A stretch of DNA of 63,968 nucleotides, filler included, from Octopus bimaculoides (lineage: Eukaryota), in assembly GCF_001194135.2 (NCBI RefSeq). It is 6 parts of 6 records of this genome, joined end to end, with 100 filler letters (N's around TTAATTAATTAA, not from the genome) between each part and the next. Parts side by side here need not be neighbours in the genome. Positions count along the whole stretch, not along the records: positions 32,089 to 40,483 come from NC_068997.1; positions 40,584 to 45,546 come from NW_026421306.1; positions 45,647 to 54,413 come from NC_068981.1; 3 more parts are not named here. One strand, written 5' to 3'. How positions within the stretch are numbered: position 1 is the stretch's first letter; every line of letters begins with the position of its first letter. The notes beneath the pieces are model-generated. The model searched no databases. It saw only the letters and a list, made by a program, of their open reading frames with translations, and was not told the origin of the DNA. Below, in pieces: positions 37,419 through 50,429 of this stretch. The position numbers and the translations under genes were made by a program.

Positions 37419-37615
37419 CCCACCACCGCTTGACAATCGATGTTGGTTTGTTTACGTCTCCGTAACTTAGCGATTCGGCAACAGAGACCGACAGAATAAA
37501 TACCAGGTTTAGAAAAAAATCCTGGAGTCAATTTGCTCCGAAACTTATTTTCTAGAAACTTCAAGGTTTCCAGAATGGCTGCAGCCTAATGACAGAAAGA
37601 AGTAAAACATAAGAT
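37419..37615 (+). mobile_element. SINE-A 3' part
   Basis: ccgcttgacaatcgatgttgg ... cgtaacttagcgattcggc ... gaagtaaaacataagat. Confidence 0.8.
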
Positions 37616-37865
37616 GACATTTATATTAATATGCATGAACATATATATACATATATAAATATAGGTTATGTTTAAAATTAATGATTAGATAGGAATCTTT
37701 AAAATGCAGTATCCAAACCTTCTTTTGGGTATGTCCGTAGCAGTGTGACTTGAGAGCGCGTTCACATACGACTACCAGGGGTCATCCGCAGTACTGCAGT
37801 TGCCGAAACGATCGTCGTGCTAAATAAAGCTTGCAGTACACTCTGTCATCCCTATGAATTATTAA

Positions 37866-37922
<57 letters not shown>

Positions 37923-38008
37923 NNNNNNNNNNNNNNNNNNNNNNNNNNNNNNNNNNNNNNNNNNNNNNNNNNNNNNNNNNNNNNNNNNNNNNNNNNNNNN
38001 NNNNNNNN

Positions 38009-38061
<53 letters not shown>

Positions 38062-38067
38062 CATATA

Positions 38068-38228
38068 TACTCTTTTATTCTTTTACTTGTTCAGCCATTT
38101 GACTGCGGTCATGCTGGAGCACCGCCTTAAACGGTGTTAGTCGAAGAAATCGACCTCAAGACTTATTCTTTGTGACTTGTTCCTTGTGAGGCTGTAGTAG
38201 AAGACATTTACTCAAGGTGCCACGCAAT
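38068..38228 (-). mobile_element. SINE-A with large internal deletion
   Basis: The 3' end is joined directly to the core segment gtagtagaagacatttactcaaggtgccacgca. Confidence 0.8.
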
Positions 38229-38832
38229 ATGTATATGCGGAAAGACATTAAGATTGCGTGTGTTTGACTATGTGTGCATAACTGAGCGTGGTTATGTGTC
38301 TGCTTACGTGTGTGTGTATACACATTCACAGGTAAACATTTCCACAAAGTCTCTATTAGTCTCAAGTAGGTGAAAAGAAACAGATGAGTGTGCAGTCGTG
38401 AGTGTGTATGTATGTGTATACACACTCGTACAAACTCACACACACACATATTACTGACTATGAATGTATGCATGCATGCATCCATCTATCTATCTATCTA
38501 TGCACATATTCATACTCTCTCACCTACACAGAAAGAAATACATAACTTCACACGCATCTACATACATATTATTCATGTATATAGATACGTTGGAGTGTGC
38601 GTGTGTATAAGTGTATGTTTCTACGTCTACATGTTTTATGCTTTTCAGTTTCGGGTGAGATCATGTGTTCCTAAACACTCGCGCGCACGCACACACGCCC
38701 CCCCCACTCTCTCTCTCTCACAGAAACACACTCATATGACGTTTTGACCAAATAACGAATATACGCGTACATGAACAGACATACACTCACATGGTGTTTT
38801 GAACAAACAACGACGAACACACACGCACACAC

Positions 38833-38871
<39 letters not shown>

Positions 38872-39220
38872 GAAAGTAAATACAGAACAACAGAAATAGT
38901 AAATAAATGAATACGAAACAAAATAAAAGAAACATAAGTGGAATGAATTAGTGAAAGAAAACAAAAACAAAACAAAGCAAAACTTCAAACAAGAAAACAA
39001 GGCCGAAAAAATAAAAAAATAAAAAAACAAACAAACAAAGAAATAATGAATAGAAACACTAAAACACATCAACCTGAGCAAACTCTGAAGATAGATCTAA
39101 AGTAAAGACAGAATGAAAGAATGAATTGTTTGTCAAACCTGATAATTGTGCCAGTGAAATATACAAATAATAATAATATTAATAATAATATTAATAATAA
39201 TAATGATGATAATGATGATG

Positions 39221-39260
<40 letters not shown>

Positions 39261-39557
39261 TGAAGATAATANNNNNNNNNNTGATAAATAATATAAATGA
39301 ATTAAAAAAAAAAAAGGCAAATAGTCAATATAAAAATAAATAAGCGGTTGGAGGTAATGGTATGTTGAGGTGTGTGTGTGTGTGTGTAGGGCTGAAAGAA
39401 GAACAATGGTTTGAATGTTTTAGAAAGTTGTCGGTAGCATAGAATTGTATGTAAATGTGTGAAGGCGCTTATGTAAGTGCGTGGACGTCTGTGTGTGTGT
39501 GCAAAGACACACATATTTATGCACATGCAAACACATAAATATATAAATTCACGTGTG

Positions 39558-39643
<86 letters not shown>

Positions 39644-39885
39644 GAAAGAGAGAGAGAGAGATACATACACACAAACACAGGCATAAAATGAAGAGATGAG
39701 CCACCTATATGACCATACAACTTACAATAATTATAGAAATATTATTATCACCATCTATCGTCATCATCATAACCATCACCATCATTTTCATTATTATTGT
39801 TAATAGAAGTAGTAATAGCAGCAGGGACAGTAATAACAGAAACAACAACTACAATAAATGTAGGGGGACAGAGACAAGAATCTAT

Positions 39886-40330
39886 TCCTCTAAGTCCGGA
39901 TCTTTTGCCTTCCACCTTCAAAGCGAACAGCAGCTCACCTTCTTCCTGAAAACTTCAAACCCTTTATGGTTGATATACCTACCTTTAATTTACGCAACTC
40001 GAACCACAATACTAGCATCCTACTGCCCACTCCAGAAATATACACTAGTAACTCTTCACTGTCCTTTCCTTTTCTCTACCGTCCGACCTTAAGCTCTCTT
40101 CTTCAAAAAGAACACTTTTGTTCTCTCTGCCTTCTTCTACCAGTTATTTCTTATCACTGCAGTACATGCGTGATTTTCACCACCCAACTCCACTTATTTT
40201 TATCTTCTTCGATATACCCTCTTGAATATCTAACACATTGTACTTTCACAATTCTGTTACCTCTTCAGCCTTTTTCGCTCTGAAGAAGTACTAACATCCG
40301 AAACGCCTGACAATGCAAGCGTCAAACTAA
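39886..40330 (+). mobile_element. Penelope-like element 3' fragment with degenerate hammerhead core
   Basis: SEQQLTFFLKTSNPLWL resembles the PLE GIY-YIG C-terminus (EQxLIFxLxTxxPxGLN). After a pyrimidine-rich UTR comes CTGAAGA...CGAAACGC...GCGTC at 40280-40323. Confidence 0.65.
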
Positions 40331-40774
40331 TACGCATTTTTCCCATTTAAATTACACGCTCACGCATATGCCTTACCCTGACGGAATTTAGATGTATACG
40401 TAAACACACACACATGTGTTTGTATACACGTATGTTATACATATATGTATTAACAAATGCATATATATATATATATATATATANNNNNNNNNNNNNNNNN
40501 NNNNNNNNNNNNNNNNNNNNNNNNNNNTTAATTAATTAANNNNNNNNNNNNNNNNNNNNNNNNNNNNNNNNNNNNNNNNNNNNTATATATATGCGTACAT
40601 ACATACATATGTATATATATGAGTGTCTATATACATAACAGAAGATGAAATGTAGTAGCTTTATTCCAGATCAATACTTTTGTTACGGCGCATGATCATC
40701 GGTTGGTAATTGCTGAATGTTACACATATGGTATACACTATTTCGCCAATATGTTTCAGCTGGACGCTACTCAC

Positions 40775-40925
40775 CTGAAGACGAGTATGTATGCAGCCAT
40801 TGTTGTATTACATTAATGCAATAAGGTATATATTATGTGTAACATGCAGTAAGTATCAACCGATACCGATATCTCGAAACGATTGTAGTGATTTGTAATA
40901 AAGCTTGTTCATTGCATGTCGTCGT
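40775..40925 (+). mobile_element. Second Penelope pLTR-like remnant with hammerhead-like core
   Basis: CTGAAGAcGAG...CTCGAAACGAT...GTCGTC, with AATAAA inside stem III. Confidence 0.4.
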
Positions 40926-41082
40926 ATTTAAATTCTTTTGAAGAAACTCTTCGGATGCTCGGTGATTTCCTAGTGTCCAGCAAAAAAGAGAAGTCATACT
41001 GTGTGATGGCATCTGGTATCCGATGCCCTTAGAAGTGGTTTGGAAATAAAGCTATAAATTATTAGCCAGAAAATATAATCGA

Positions 41083-41116
<34 letters not shown>

Positions 41117-41120
<4 letters not shown>

Positions 41121-41365
41121 TGGTGCATAATTATAGCTGCTTTTTTTCCAACAAACTTTATTCATCAAAAACAGTAACAATATTTAAGAAAAACATCTTT
41201 AAATGACAGTCTGACCGTCTACGAAGCAAATGGGAAGCAGTAATTGGAGTAGATGGTGAGTATTCTCCGGCGTAATCATTTAAAGATGTTTTTATTACAT
41301 GTTTCTATTGTTTTTGTTGAATAAAATTTGTTGAAATAAGCCAAAATAATTATGCGCCAACCGAA
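41117..41365 (+). mobile_element. Mariner-derived hairpin MITE
   Basis: 90-bp inverted arms (41117-41206 and 41276-41365), TA flanks, and a spacer encoding DRLRSKWEAVIGVDGEYS (mariner C-terminus-like). Confidence 0.85.
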
Positions 41366-42438
41366 TACATACTCATAGTTAAGTATGTACGCTTATATGT
41401 GAATGTATGTGTGCGTGCGTGTGTGCGTGTGTAGGTGTGTGTGTGTGTGTGTGTGAGTGTGTGTGTGTTGCATGCAGGCATATGTGAGCCTCGCATGAAA
41501 TACCTTAATTCATTTGACAGAAATATATATATGCATCTAGTGAACAAAACATTTAATTGTAAATTATTCCATGTAAATCAATTATATATTTATGTATATA
41601 TATATAAGCAACGTTAAATCTCTGAACGAGGTATTAACAGTAACTGCACGACAAGGTGAAGTATATATNNNNNNNNNNNNNNNNNNNNNNNNNNNNNNNN
41701 NNNNNNNNNNNNNNNNNNNNNNNNNNNNNNNNNNNNNNNNNNNNNNNNNNNNNNNNNNNNNNNNNNNNNNNNNNNNNNNNNNNNNNNNNNNNNNNNNNNN
41801 NNNNNNNNNNNNNNNNNNNNNNNNNNNNNNNNNNNNNNNNNNNNNNNNNNNNNNNNNNNNNNNNNNNNNNNNNNNNNNNNNNNNNNNNNNNNNNNNNNNN
41901 NNNNNNNNNNNNNNNNNNNNNNNNNNNNNNNNNNNNNNNNNNNNNNNNNNNNNNNNNNNNNNNNNNNNNNNATATATATATATATACATATATATGTGTA
42001 CAAAGGAAAAAAATATGTATATTTACCTTCTGGTAAACGTTCCGCAATATCTGGATGGTTCTGTCATTACTTGTTTCTGTAGCTGGTGTGGAAAAAGACA
42101 GATTAATGTTGTGTGTGTGTGTGTGTGTGTGTTTGTGTGCTTGCGTGTGTATTTATGAGTGTGGGCTGTTGTGAGTGTTTGTGGGTGTATGTCTGTGTGT
42201 TCACATGTGTGTGTGTGCGTGTGTGTGCATACGTACGTATGTATGTTAATATATACATATATGTTTCTAAATAAACACACGCACACATATGACGAAGTCG
42301 ATCCCTTTGTGGCAAACTGGGCATACTTCAACCTTGCACAATTATATATGAGTGATTTTAGGTATGCGAAAGACGACACAAGAACTATGTATACATACAT
42401 GCATTCATATATATGTATTTATATGTATGTATATATAC

Positions 42439-42482
<44 letters not shown>

Positions 42483-43410
42483 AATATATAAGTATATGCA
42501 TATATATGTACATANNNNNNNNNNNNNNNNNNNNNNNNNNNNNNNNNNNNNNNNNNNNNNNNNNNNNNNNNNNNNNNNNNNNNNNNNNNNNNNNNNNNNN
42601 NNNNNNNNNNNNNNNNNNNNNNNNNNNNNNNNNNNNNNNNNNNNNNNNNNNNNNNNNNNNNNNNNNNNNNNNNNNNNNNNNNNNNNNNNNNNNNNNNNNN
42701 NNNNNNNNNNNNNNNNNNNNNNNNNNNNNNNNNNNNNNNNNNNNNNNNNNNNNNNNNNNNNNNNNNNNNNNNNNNNNNNNNNNNNNNNNNNNNNNNNNNN
42801 NNNNNNNNNNNNNNNNNNNNNNNNNNNNNNNNNNNNNNNNNNNNNNNNNNNNNNNNNNNNNNNNNNNNNNNNNNNNNNNNNNNNNNNNNNNNNNNNNNNN
42901 NNNNNNNNNNNNNNNNNNNNNNNNNNNNNNNNNNNNNNNNNNNNNNNNNNNNNNNNNNNNNNNNNNNNNNNNNNNNNNNNNNNNNNNNNNNNNNNNNNNN
43001 NNNNNNNNNNNNNNNNNNNNNNNNNNNNNNNNNNNNNNNNNNNNNNNNNNNNNNNNNNNNNNNNNNNNNNNNNNNNNNNNNNNNNNNNNNNNNNNNNNNN
43101 NNNNNNNNNNNNNNNNNNNNNNNNNNNNNNNNNNNNNNNNNNNNNNNNNNNNNNNNNNNNNNNNNNNNNNNNNNNNNNNNNNNNNNNNNNNNNNNNNNNN
43201 NNNNNNNNNNNNNNNNNNNNNNNNNNNNNNNNNNNNNNNNNNNNNNNNNNNNNNNNNNNNNNNNNNNNNNNNNNNNNNNNNNNNNNNNNNNNNNNNNNNN
43301 NNNNNNNNNNNNNNNNNNNNNNNNNNNNNNNNNNNNNNNNNNNNNNNNNNNNNNNNNNNNNNNNNNNNNNNNNNNNNNNNNNNNNNNNNNATATATTCAC
43401 ATACATAAAT

Positions 43411-43545
43411 ATGCTTACCAACCAAATGGTTCCGGGTTGAGTCCCATTGCGTAGCACCTTCGGCAAGTGTCATCTGCTATAGCCTCGGGTCGACAAAAGC
43501 GTTGTCAGTGGATCTGGTAGACGGAAACAGACATAGACTGACAGA
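43411..43545 (+). mobile_element. SINE-A 5' half
   Basis: gcttaccaaccaaatggttccgggttgagtccc ... ccttcggcaagtg ... gtagacggaaac. Confidence 0.85.
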
Positions 43546-43602
43546 CACACACGCACATACACAGATAGACAGACAGATAGACACACATCCACATCCACGC
43601 AC

Positions 43603-43637
<35 letters not shown>

Positions 43638-43770
43638 AATATATAAGTATATGCATATATATGTACATATATATATATAGGTTCAAAAAGGAAAAAGACA
43701 AAAAACAACCACAAAAACAATGTGAGGACGTGATACAGATTGTGTTACTGGACCCTCGGGAAAGGAATAC

Positions 43771-43855
<85 letters not shown>

Positions 43856-45410
43856 CAGATAGATAGATAGACAGATAGATATATATGCATGTGCGTGTGT
43901 GTATCTAAAATGTTTATAAGTTTATTTCATATAGATAACACAATATATCTACATAATGTAATGTATATATGCATATATAATTTGATATAGACGTACAGCT
44001 GTATGCATTCTTTTATATAAGATAGTATATATATCTTAATCTATTTATTTATTATCGTCTTATATTGGAACACTTACATGCAGTAATACTAACGATATTC
44101 GTATTATCACGTAATACTATTTTATTTGATAGACAATACATTTAACCATCTTTCTAATAAAGAATTTTGAAAACTTACCTCAAGTTTAAATTTGTGGAGG
44201 TTCTTGTTTGGTAAACCATCATTTTATGTATTTGATGCATATTTGTGAACTTGATCAGGCCGTTGTTGCTCTATAGCTTCACGTGAACGTTCATATAGTA
44301 GACTTAGGAATTAAGATATTCTAGCATCGACCATTGCCTTTTTTTAATCTTTATGCACAGCTACGTTATCTAATATCTATCTTTATATAAGATAGTTATT
44401 TGTAATTTCGATGCGATAAAACTGTTGTTTCTAGTATTTCGTGCGACTAGCTAAGGGCTTTTTGCATTAGCTTGGTTAAGAACACTTCTTGTAAAGAAGG
44501 TAAGGCACGATTGGTTGCATCAGCTATAGTGTATTGCTAATACTTGTTTTATAAGTATTTTGTAATTTAACGTAGAATAAATAAATACATATATCGTCTT
44601 TTTCCGGAAAAGAATTTGAACTATTTAAAGCAAGCTTATTAGGTGTATTCGTTAAAATTTCAATAATTACATTTTTTTCAGCAATAATGAGTCGTTCCAG
44701 TTTACCATTACACTTAAATATTTTGATCGTAGGAAACAGCGAGATATAAGATTCAACAGCCACGCGATCAACTCACCTCTGAATTGTCCAACATTTCAAA
44801 AACTTTAGTAATAAAAAATAAATTAATGAAAGAAAAAAACACTAAGAACAGAAATTGAATAATAGATGAATTTGTTTTTGTTCTTGTTTAGCGCTGCATT
44901 CACCAATACTTATATAAGTAGATCCATTGTGACAATTCCGATATTTTCAAGTATATTGTAGACTGCAGAGTATATTGCAATAACAAATGTATCCCACGTT
45001 ATGAGTGTTACTCTATGTGAAATTTGAGGGGCTTGGCGCTACTATTTTATGAAAAAAATGCGAGTCATCGGCTTTCTTTGTGTAAGCCCATTTGTAAATT
45101 GATCCACCAATTTTCAGTTTTATGAGACCACGGTTATACTTGAGTAAAGCTGTATAAGGATTCCGACCACAGTAAATTACTGGTAGAAATTTGATTCTTT
45201 AAGAGCATAATAAACTAAAGTGCAAATCCTGTAACGATTTGAATCTAGAATGGAGACGGACAAAACTAAATGCCGTAAAGCAGTGCGTCCTATTTTTCTC
45301 TCAGATTTACTGATATCTATATGTGGTTATCTAAATATTTATCTTAAATACATATTATTTTCTCTTTCACCTCTCTACCTCCTTCACCTTCTCTCTATAA
45401 ATATATATGA

Positions 45411-45483
<73 letters not shown>

Positions 45484-46251
45484 GTCTGTCTATCTGTCTG
45501 TCTGTCTGTCTGTCTGTCTGTTTCTCTCTCTCCCCTCTCTCTCTCTNNNNNNNNNNNNNNNNNNNNNNNNNNNNNNNNNNNNNNNNNNNNTTAATTAATT
45601 AANNNNNNNNNNNNNNNNNNNNNNNNNNNNNNNNNNNNNNNNNNNNAATCTAAAAAGAAAAAAACATTTCACCAGTTACGAGAGGGGTTGCAACAGGAGA
45701 GGGTACTATTTTCAAAGAGAGAAAGCTGATTAATGATTAAATTGTATGTAAAGCAATAATTCTGAATTTTGCTTTAATAAAGTTTAATATAAGAAACATC
45801 TAACATGTTTTTAAAACAAATTAAAAGTAGACATAACACACTTTTGGTTTCATAAAAGCGTTTCAAATAGTAGCCGAGCAGACGACAAGAGAGTAGACGA
45901 CAGGCGTGCGTTTACGAAACTACATACAGTGACAAAATATACTAACTTAATTAGCTAGCACTATTAAGTTATAAACTGTGAAGTGTTGTCACGCCATTAA
46001 TCTTAGCAAGGTTTTGAAGAAGACTCAGGTAGACATAAATTATCTACAAGAGACTTCTTCAGACAGATAAAACTTAGGTTTATGCAACTTCAATGATTAT
46101 AAACAACCGACATCAGTGAGAAGGAAACCAACAACGCCATCAAAACAAGATGGAAACATCAAACTATAAACATCAATCATCACACTATATGACTGCTTCT
46201 TCCAATTTTACATGAACAACAACACTCACAACAACAACAACAACAACAACA

Positions 46252-46283
<32 letters not shown>

Positions 46284-46389
46284 ATTGGCCACCACATCAC
46301 CACTGTCACCAATACTTTAGTCACCATAGTAGCCTCTACGCGGCCATTTGACCATCTAGAAATAGCCCAAATCTCCATACGCTACCTGC

Positions 46390-46433
<44 letters not shown>

Positions 46434-46493
46434 GTGTGGATATGTTTGTGTTATATGTGTGCGCGCGTACATTCGTATATATATATATATATA

Positions 46494-47737
46494 GGGTCAT
46501 CCCGTAAATAATGCGGTTTTTTATATACTTCTTATATTTTTCAAAATTAAAATAAATAAAGATCTTTTTTAATCCAAAATATACTCACCTTCATTTTCTA
46601 CAATCCTCTTCCATCTATCTGGTAGACTTGCAGGGCCCCTCTTCTAAAATTCACTTGTCCGTGACGAAAAATACTCCTCCAGTACTGTTCTGACCTTGTC
46701 TACAGAATTCCTATTTTTTTCCGTCAAAATGATTTTGAAAACTGCGGAATGAATGATAATCGGATGGGGTAATGTTTGGCGAATATGGTAGGTGGAGCAT
46801 CGTTTCCCATTCAAACTGCTCCAGCCTTTCGAATGTTATCCTCGCTGTATGTGGCCGAGCATAATCCAGATGGAAGAACACCTTTCGTCTTGAACGTAAG
46901 ACGGTCGTTTTACTTCTAGCGCTGACTTAAGCCTCTCAAGCTGCTCACCGTAGATCTCGTTTGTTATCGTTTGGTTTGGGTTTAAAAGTTGAAAGTGGAC
47001 TTAACCTTTCATATCCTACCAAACAAATGACAACACCTTACGTGGCTGAAGACATTTAACCTGGGATGCTGGAGTTTCTCCTTTCCCTACCCACTGACTT
47101 CGGCGCTTGACATTTACTATTCGGTCCAAAAAAAGGTTCATTCGTACGACGTGGCAGCAAAGAAGAGCACACATTCACTCTCTGCGCACTGGAAAAGTTC
47201 ATGAAGTGCCCATTGACCCAATTTGCTGACTTTTCCGATGGCACGCAAGTATCGATGAATGGTTGAATGACCAAATCCATGCTTCTGTGCTAGTTTGTCA
47301 ACAGTTGCGATGGCATCGTGTTTATTCCACCAAAGGTTTGCAGGAGGTCTTCGTCGAGTTCTACAGATCTTCCATGACGAGGCTCGTCTTCTAGGCTGCA
47401 GTTTCCGGCCCGGAATTTCTGGAACCACCGTTGACGCTGGCTTACGCTTATTATCCAATCCCTATATACTGCATTAATATTACTCGCACTTTCTGTTGCG
47501 TTGTTGCGTTTATTGAACTGATAGAGTAAAGTATGTCGAATATGCTCCTCTTCACTTCTATTATACCCATGAAAAAATAAAATGGAACTGCACTCTTCAG
47601 AACTTGCACTTACAATAAGTACAAGGTAAAGTTACTACCTGTTTTTAAAGCAAGTTCATGCAGGTAGTTTATCCCGCCTGCCTCCGACTTTTAGTTCATG
47701 CAATTGATAAAAACTGCATTATTTATGGAATGACACA
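46494..47737 (-). mobile_element. Full-length (~1.24 kb) mariner transposon, second family, inactive
   Basis: TIRs GGGTCATCCCGTAAATAATGCGGTTTTT and AAAAACTGCATTATTTATGGAATGACAC, unrelated to the TIRs at 12771. Confidence 0.93.
46569..47560 (-). pseudogene. Mariner D,D34D transposase pseudogene
   Basis: EHIRHTLLYQFNKRNNATESA..RWFQKFRAGNCSLEDEPRHGR; LGQWALHEL; FHLDYARPH-x34-SDYH; ends RWKRIVENEGEYILD*. Multiple frameshifts and stops; the TxDEKW motif is missing. Confidence 0.93.
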
Positions 47738-47773
47738 CACACACACACACACATATATATATGTATATATATG

Positions 47774-47979
47774 CTTTTCTACACTAGGCACAAGGCCCGA
47801 AATTTTGAGGGAAGGTGCCAGTCGATTAGATTGACCTCAGTATGCAAATGGTACTTAATTTATCAACCCCGAAAGGATAAAAGGCGTCCTCGGCGGAATT
47901 TGAACTCAGAACATGAAGACAGACGACATACCGCTAAGTATTTCGCCCGGCGTGCTAACGTTTCTGCCAGCTCGCCGCC

Positions 47980-47982
<3 letters not shown>
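47774..47982 (-). mobile_element. SINE-B monomer, well preserved
   Basis: Minus strand begins aaggcggcgagctggcagaaacgttagcacgccgggcg. Confidence 0.9.
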
Positions 47983-48060
<78 letters not shown>

Positions 48061-48792
48061 ATACATATAACATACATACTAACACGCACACATATGTATA
48101 CACATCTGCTTGTGATTGTAATGAAATTATAGTCCTAATACATTTCTTCTAATTTCAATTTAACGACAAAGACAGCGTTTTCAGTCATTCGTGTTCGGTT
48201 TGCGATTTTGCTTAGTTGATGTATTTCATCTTGTTAATTTGAATAATTGTTTGTGCGAAACCTCACGATGCCGCGACATTTGCGTTGACAGGAAATGGTA
48301 AGATTGATTCCATTGAAAGAAACTTTAAGGCCAACATTGATGATCATTGATATGTTTTCGTTGAGAATCCATGCCAAGAACGAGAGTCACGCTCGTAAAC
48401 AAGTGGCTTTGAAGAAAATGTAACAATGTGATAATGCGTGGCGGGTGAGGAGAAACAAAAATGGAAAAAGAATAGAATAGAAAAAAGTAATAGTATAAAA
48501 ATATCAAAACAGAATTAATAAAGAGGACAATTAAAGAAAAAAATATAACAGAAAAGAAAATATTGGAATCTCGTGAGGTTTACAGACGAGACTAGAAAAA
48601 CTAGACAGGCAGTAAAAAGTAAAACTTACAGAGTCCGATAAAAGACTGATAAACAGGAATAACACACACGCGCGTGCGTGCACACACGAGTGTTTATGTA
48701 AATATATGTGTGTTTGTGTGTGTGTATACTTATGTGTGTATATGTATACATGAACATATAATGTTTTAAGCGTACGTATGCATGTGTATGTA

Positions 48793-48824
<32 letters not shown>

Positions 48825-48827
<3 letters not shown>

Positions 48828-49281
48828 GGAGAGAGGAAGAGAGAGAGAGAGAGAGAGAAAGAGAGTGAGAGACTAAAAAAGATGGGAGGAGGGGGGAGGG
48901 AGAGAGAGACACCCACGATATAGGTGTCTGCATATGCGGAGAGAGAGAGAAGGGAAGGAGGAAAGAAAGATAAAAGTGGAGATAAACAGAAAGAGAATGA
49001 AATTCAGTGTTAGAATATATATATATAATTCATAGAAGGGAAAACAGAGTGAGAGAGAGTGAGAGGTAGATAGATAGAAAGAGAAAGAGACAGACAAAAA
49101 GAGAGAAGGAGAAGGAGAGAAAGAGACGGACGAAAAAGAGGGGAGAAGGAGAGAAAGAGAGAGGGAGAAGGAGAGAAAATGAGAGAGAGGGGAGAGAAAG
49201 AAAGAATACGTGAGAGAAAGAGTGCGAGAGAATATAAGAGAGGGAAGGAGAATGTGTGAGAGACGGGGAGAGAGAGGGAGT

Positions 49282-49333
<52 letters not shown>

Positions 49334-49335
49334 AA
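48825..49335. repeat. (GA)n-rich polypurine tract
   Basis: Directly visible in the sequence. Confidence 0.9.
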
Positions 49336-49587
49336 AAGAGACCTCGAATACTGATTGGCCAATTGTTCTGTATAATTAATTCTATATAAGGAAGTTTTTC
49401 AAGATTGGTATAGAAACGTGGATTTGAGATAAACAGAGAAGAAAAATACAAAACAAAAGAAACATATAATAAAAAATAAAGAAAAGAGGTGAGAGAATGT
49501 AAAGTGGGTGGAGAGAGGAGAAAGAAACTGAAGAATAAATATGTTAATGAATGGCCGATGAAAATATTCTAATATACTAACAATGTA

Positions 49588-49820
49588 AGCGCATGCGTGG
49601 CTACGTGGTAAGGCTTCCCATCCATGTGATTCTGGGTTCAGCCCCACTTCATGGTACCTTGGGCAAGAATCTTCTACAACAACCCCGGTCTGAGGCAATA
49701 GTAGAAGCCATGCAAGCAAATGCAAGCAAATGTTTGTTGTGCCCTGTTGTGATTTGGTAGAGCGAAACTGAAAGAATCCCAACGTATATGTATGTGTGTG
49801 TGTGTGTGTGAGTGAGTGTA

Positions 49821-49857
<37 letters not shown>

Positions 49858-50072
49858 NNNNNNNNNNNNNNNNNNNNNNNNNNNNNNNNNNNNNNNNNNN
49901 NNNNNNNNNNNNNNNNNNNNNNNNNNNNNNNNNNNNNNNNNNNNNNNNNNNNNNNNNNNNNNNNNNNNNNNNNNNNNNNNNNNNNNNNATATATATAAGT
50001 ATATATATATGTGTGTGTATGTGTGATATATATATATAGGTATATATATATGCATATGTATTTATATATATG

Positions 50073-50103
<31 letters not shown>

Positions 50104-50374
50104 ATGTATATATATATGTGTGTGTGTGTACATGTGTGTATGTATGTATGTGAGTGTGTGTCCTTGCGTGTCCTTCATCACCGCTCGACGAGTTGTGTTG
50201 GTGCGTTTATGTCCCTGTAACTTAGCGGTTCGGCAAAAGAGGCCGATTGAATAAATACCAGACTTTAAAATAATGTGCTGGGATCGATTTGTTCGACTAA
50301 AATTCTTCAAGGCGGTGCCCCAGCATGACCGCAGTCTAATGAGTGAAATAAGTAAGAAATAAAAGATAAAAGAT
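49588..50374 (+). mobile_element. SINE-A split by an expanded internal microsatellite and a gap
   Basis: Head and core at 49588-49790, (TG/TA)n plus N run, 3' half at 50170-50374. Confidence 0.8.
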
Positions 50375-50429
50375 ATGGCTGAAGGAAAATATCTTATGGC
50401 GAGAGTTCTGCATACTAATGATGAATATG

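Noticed and set aside
42440-43680. Repeat of ...aaacaatatataagtatatgcatatatatgtacata on both sides of an 877-N gap
   Set aside because: Low-complexity sequence at a contig edge; likely misjoin or haplotype duplication.
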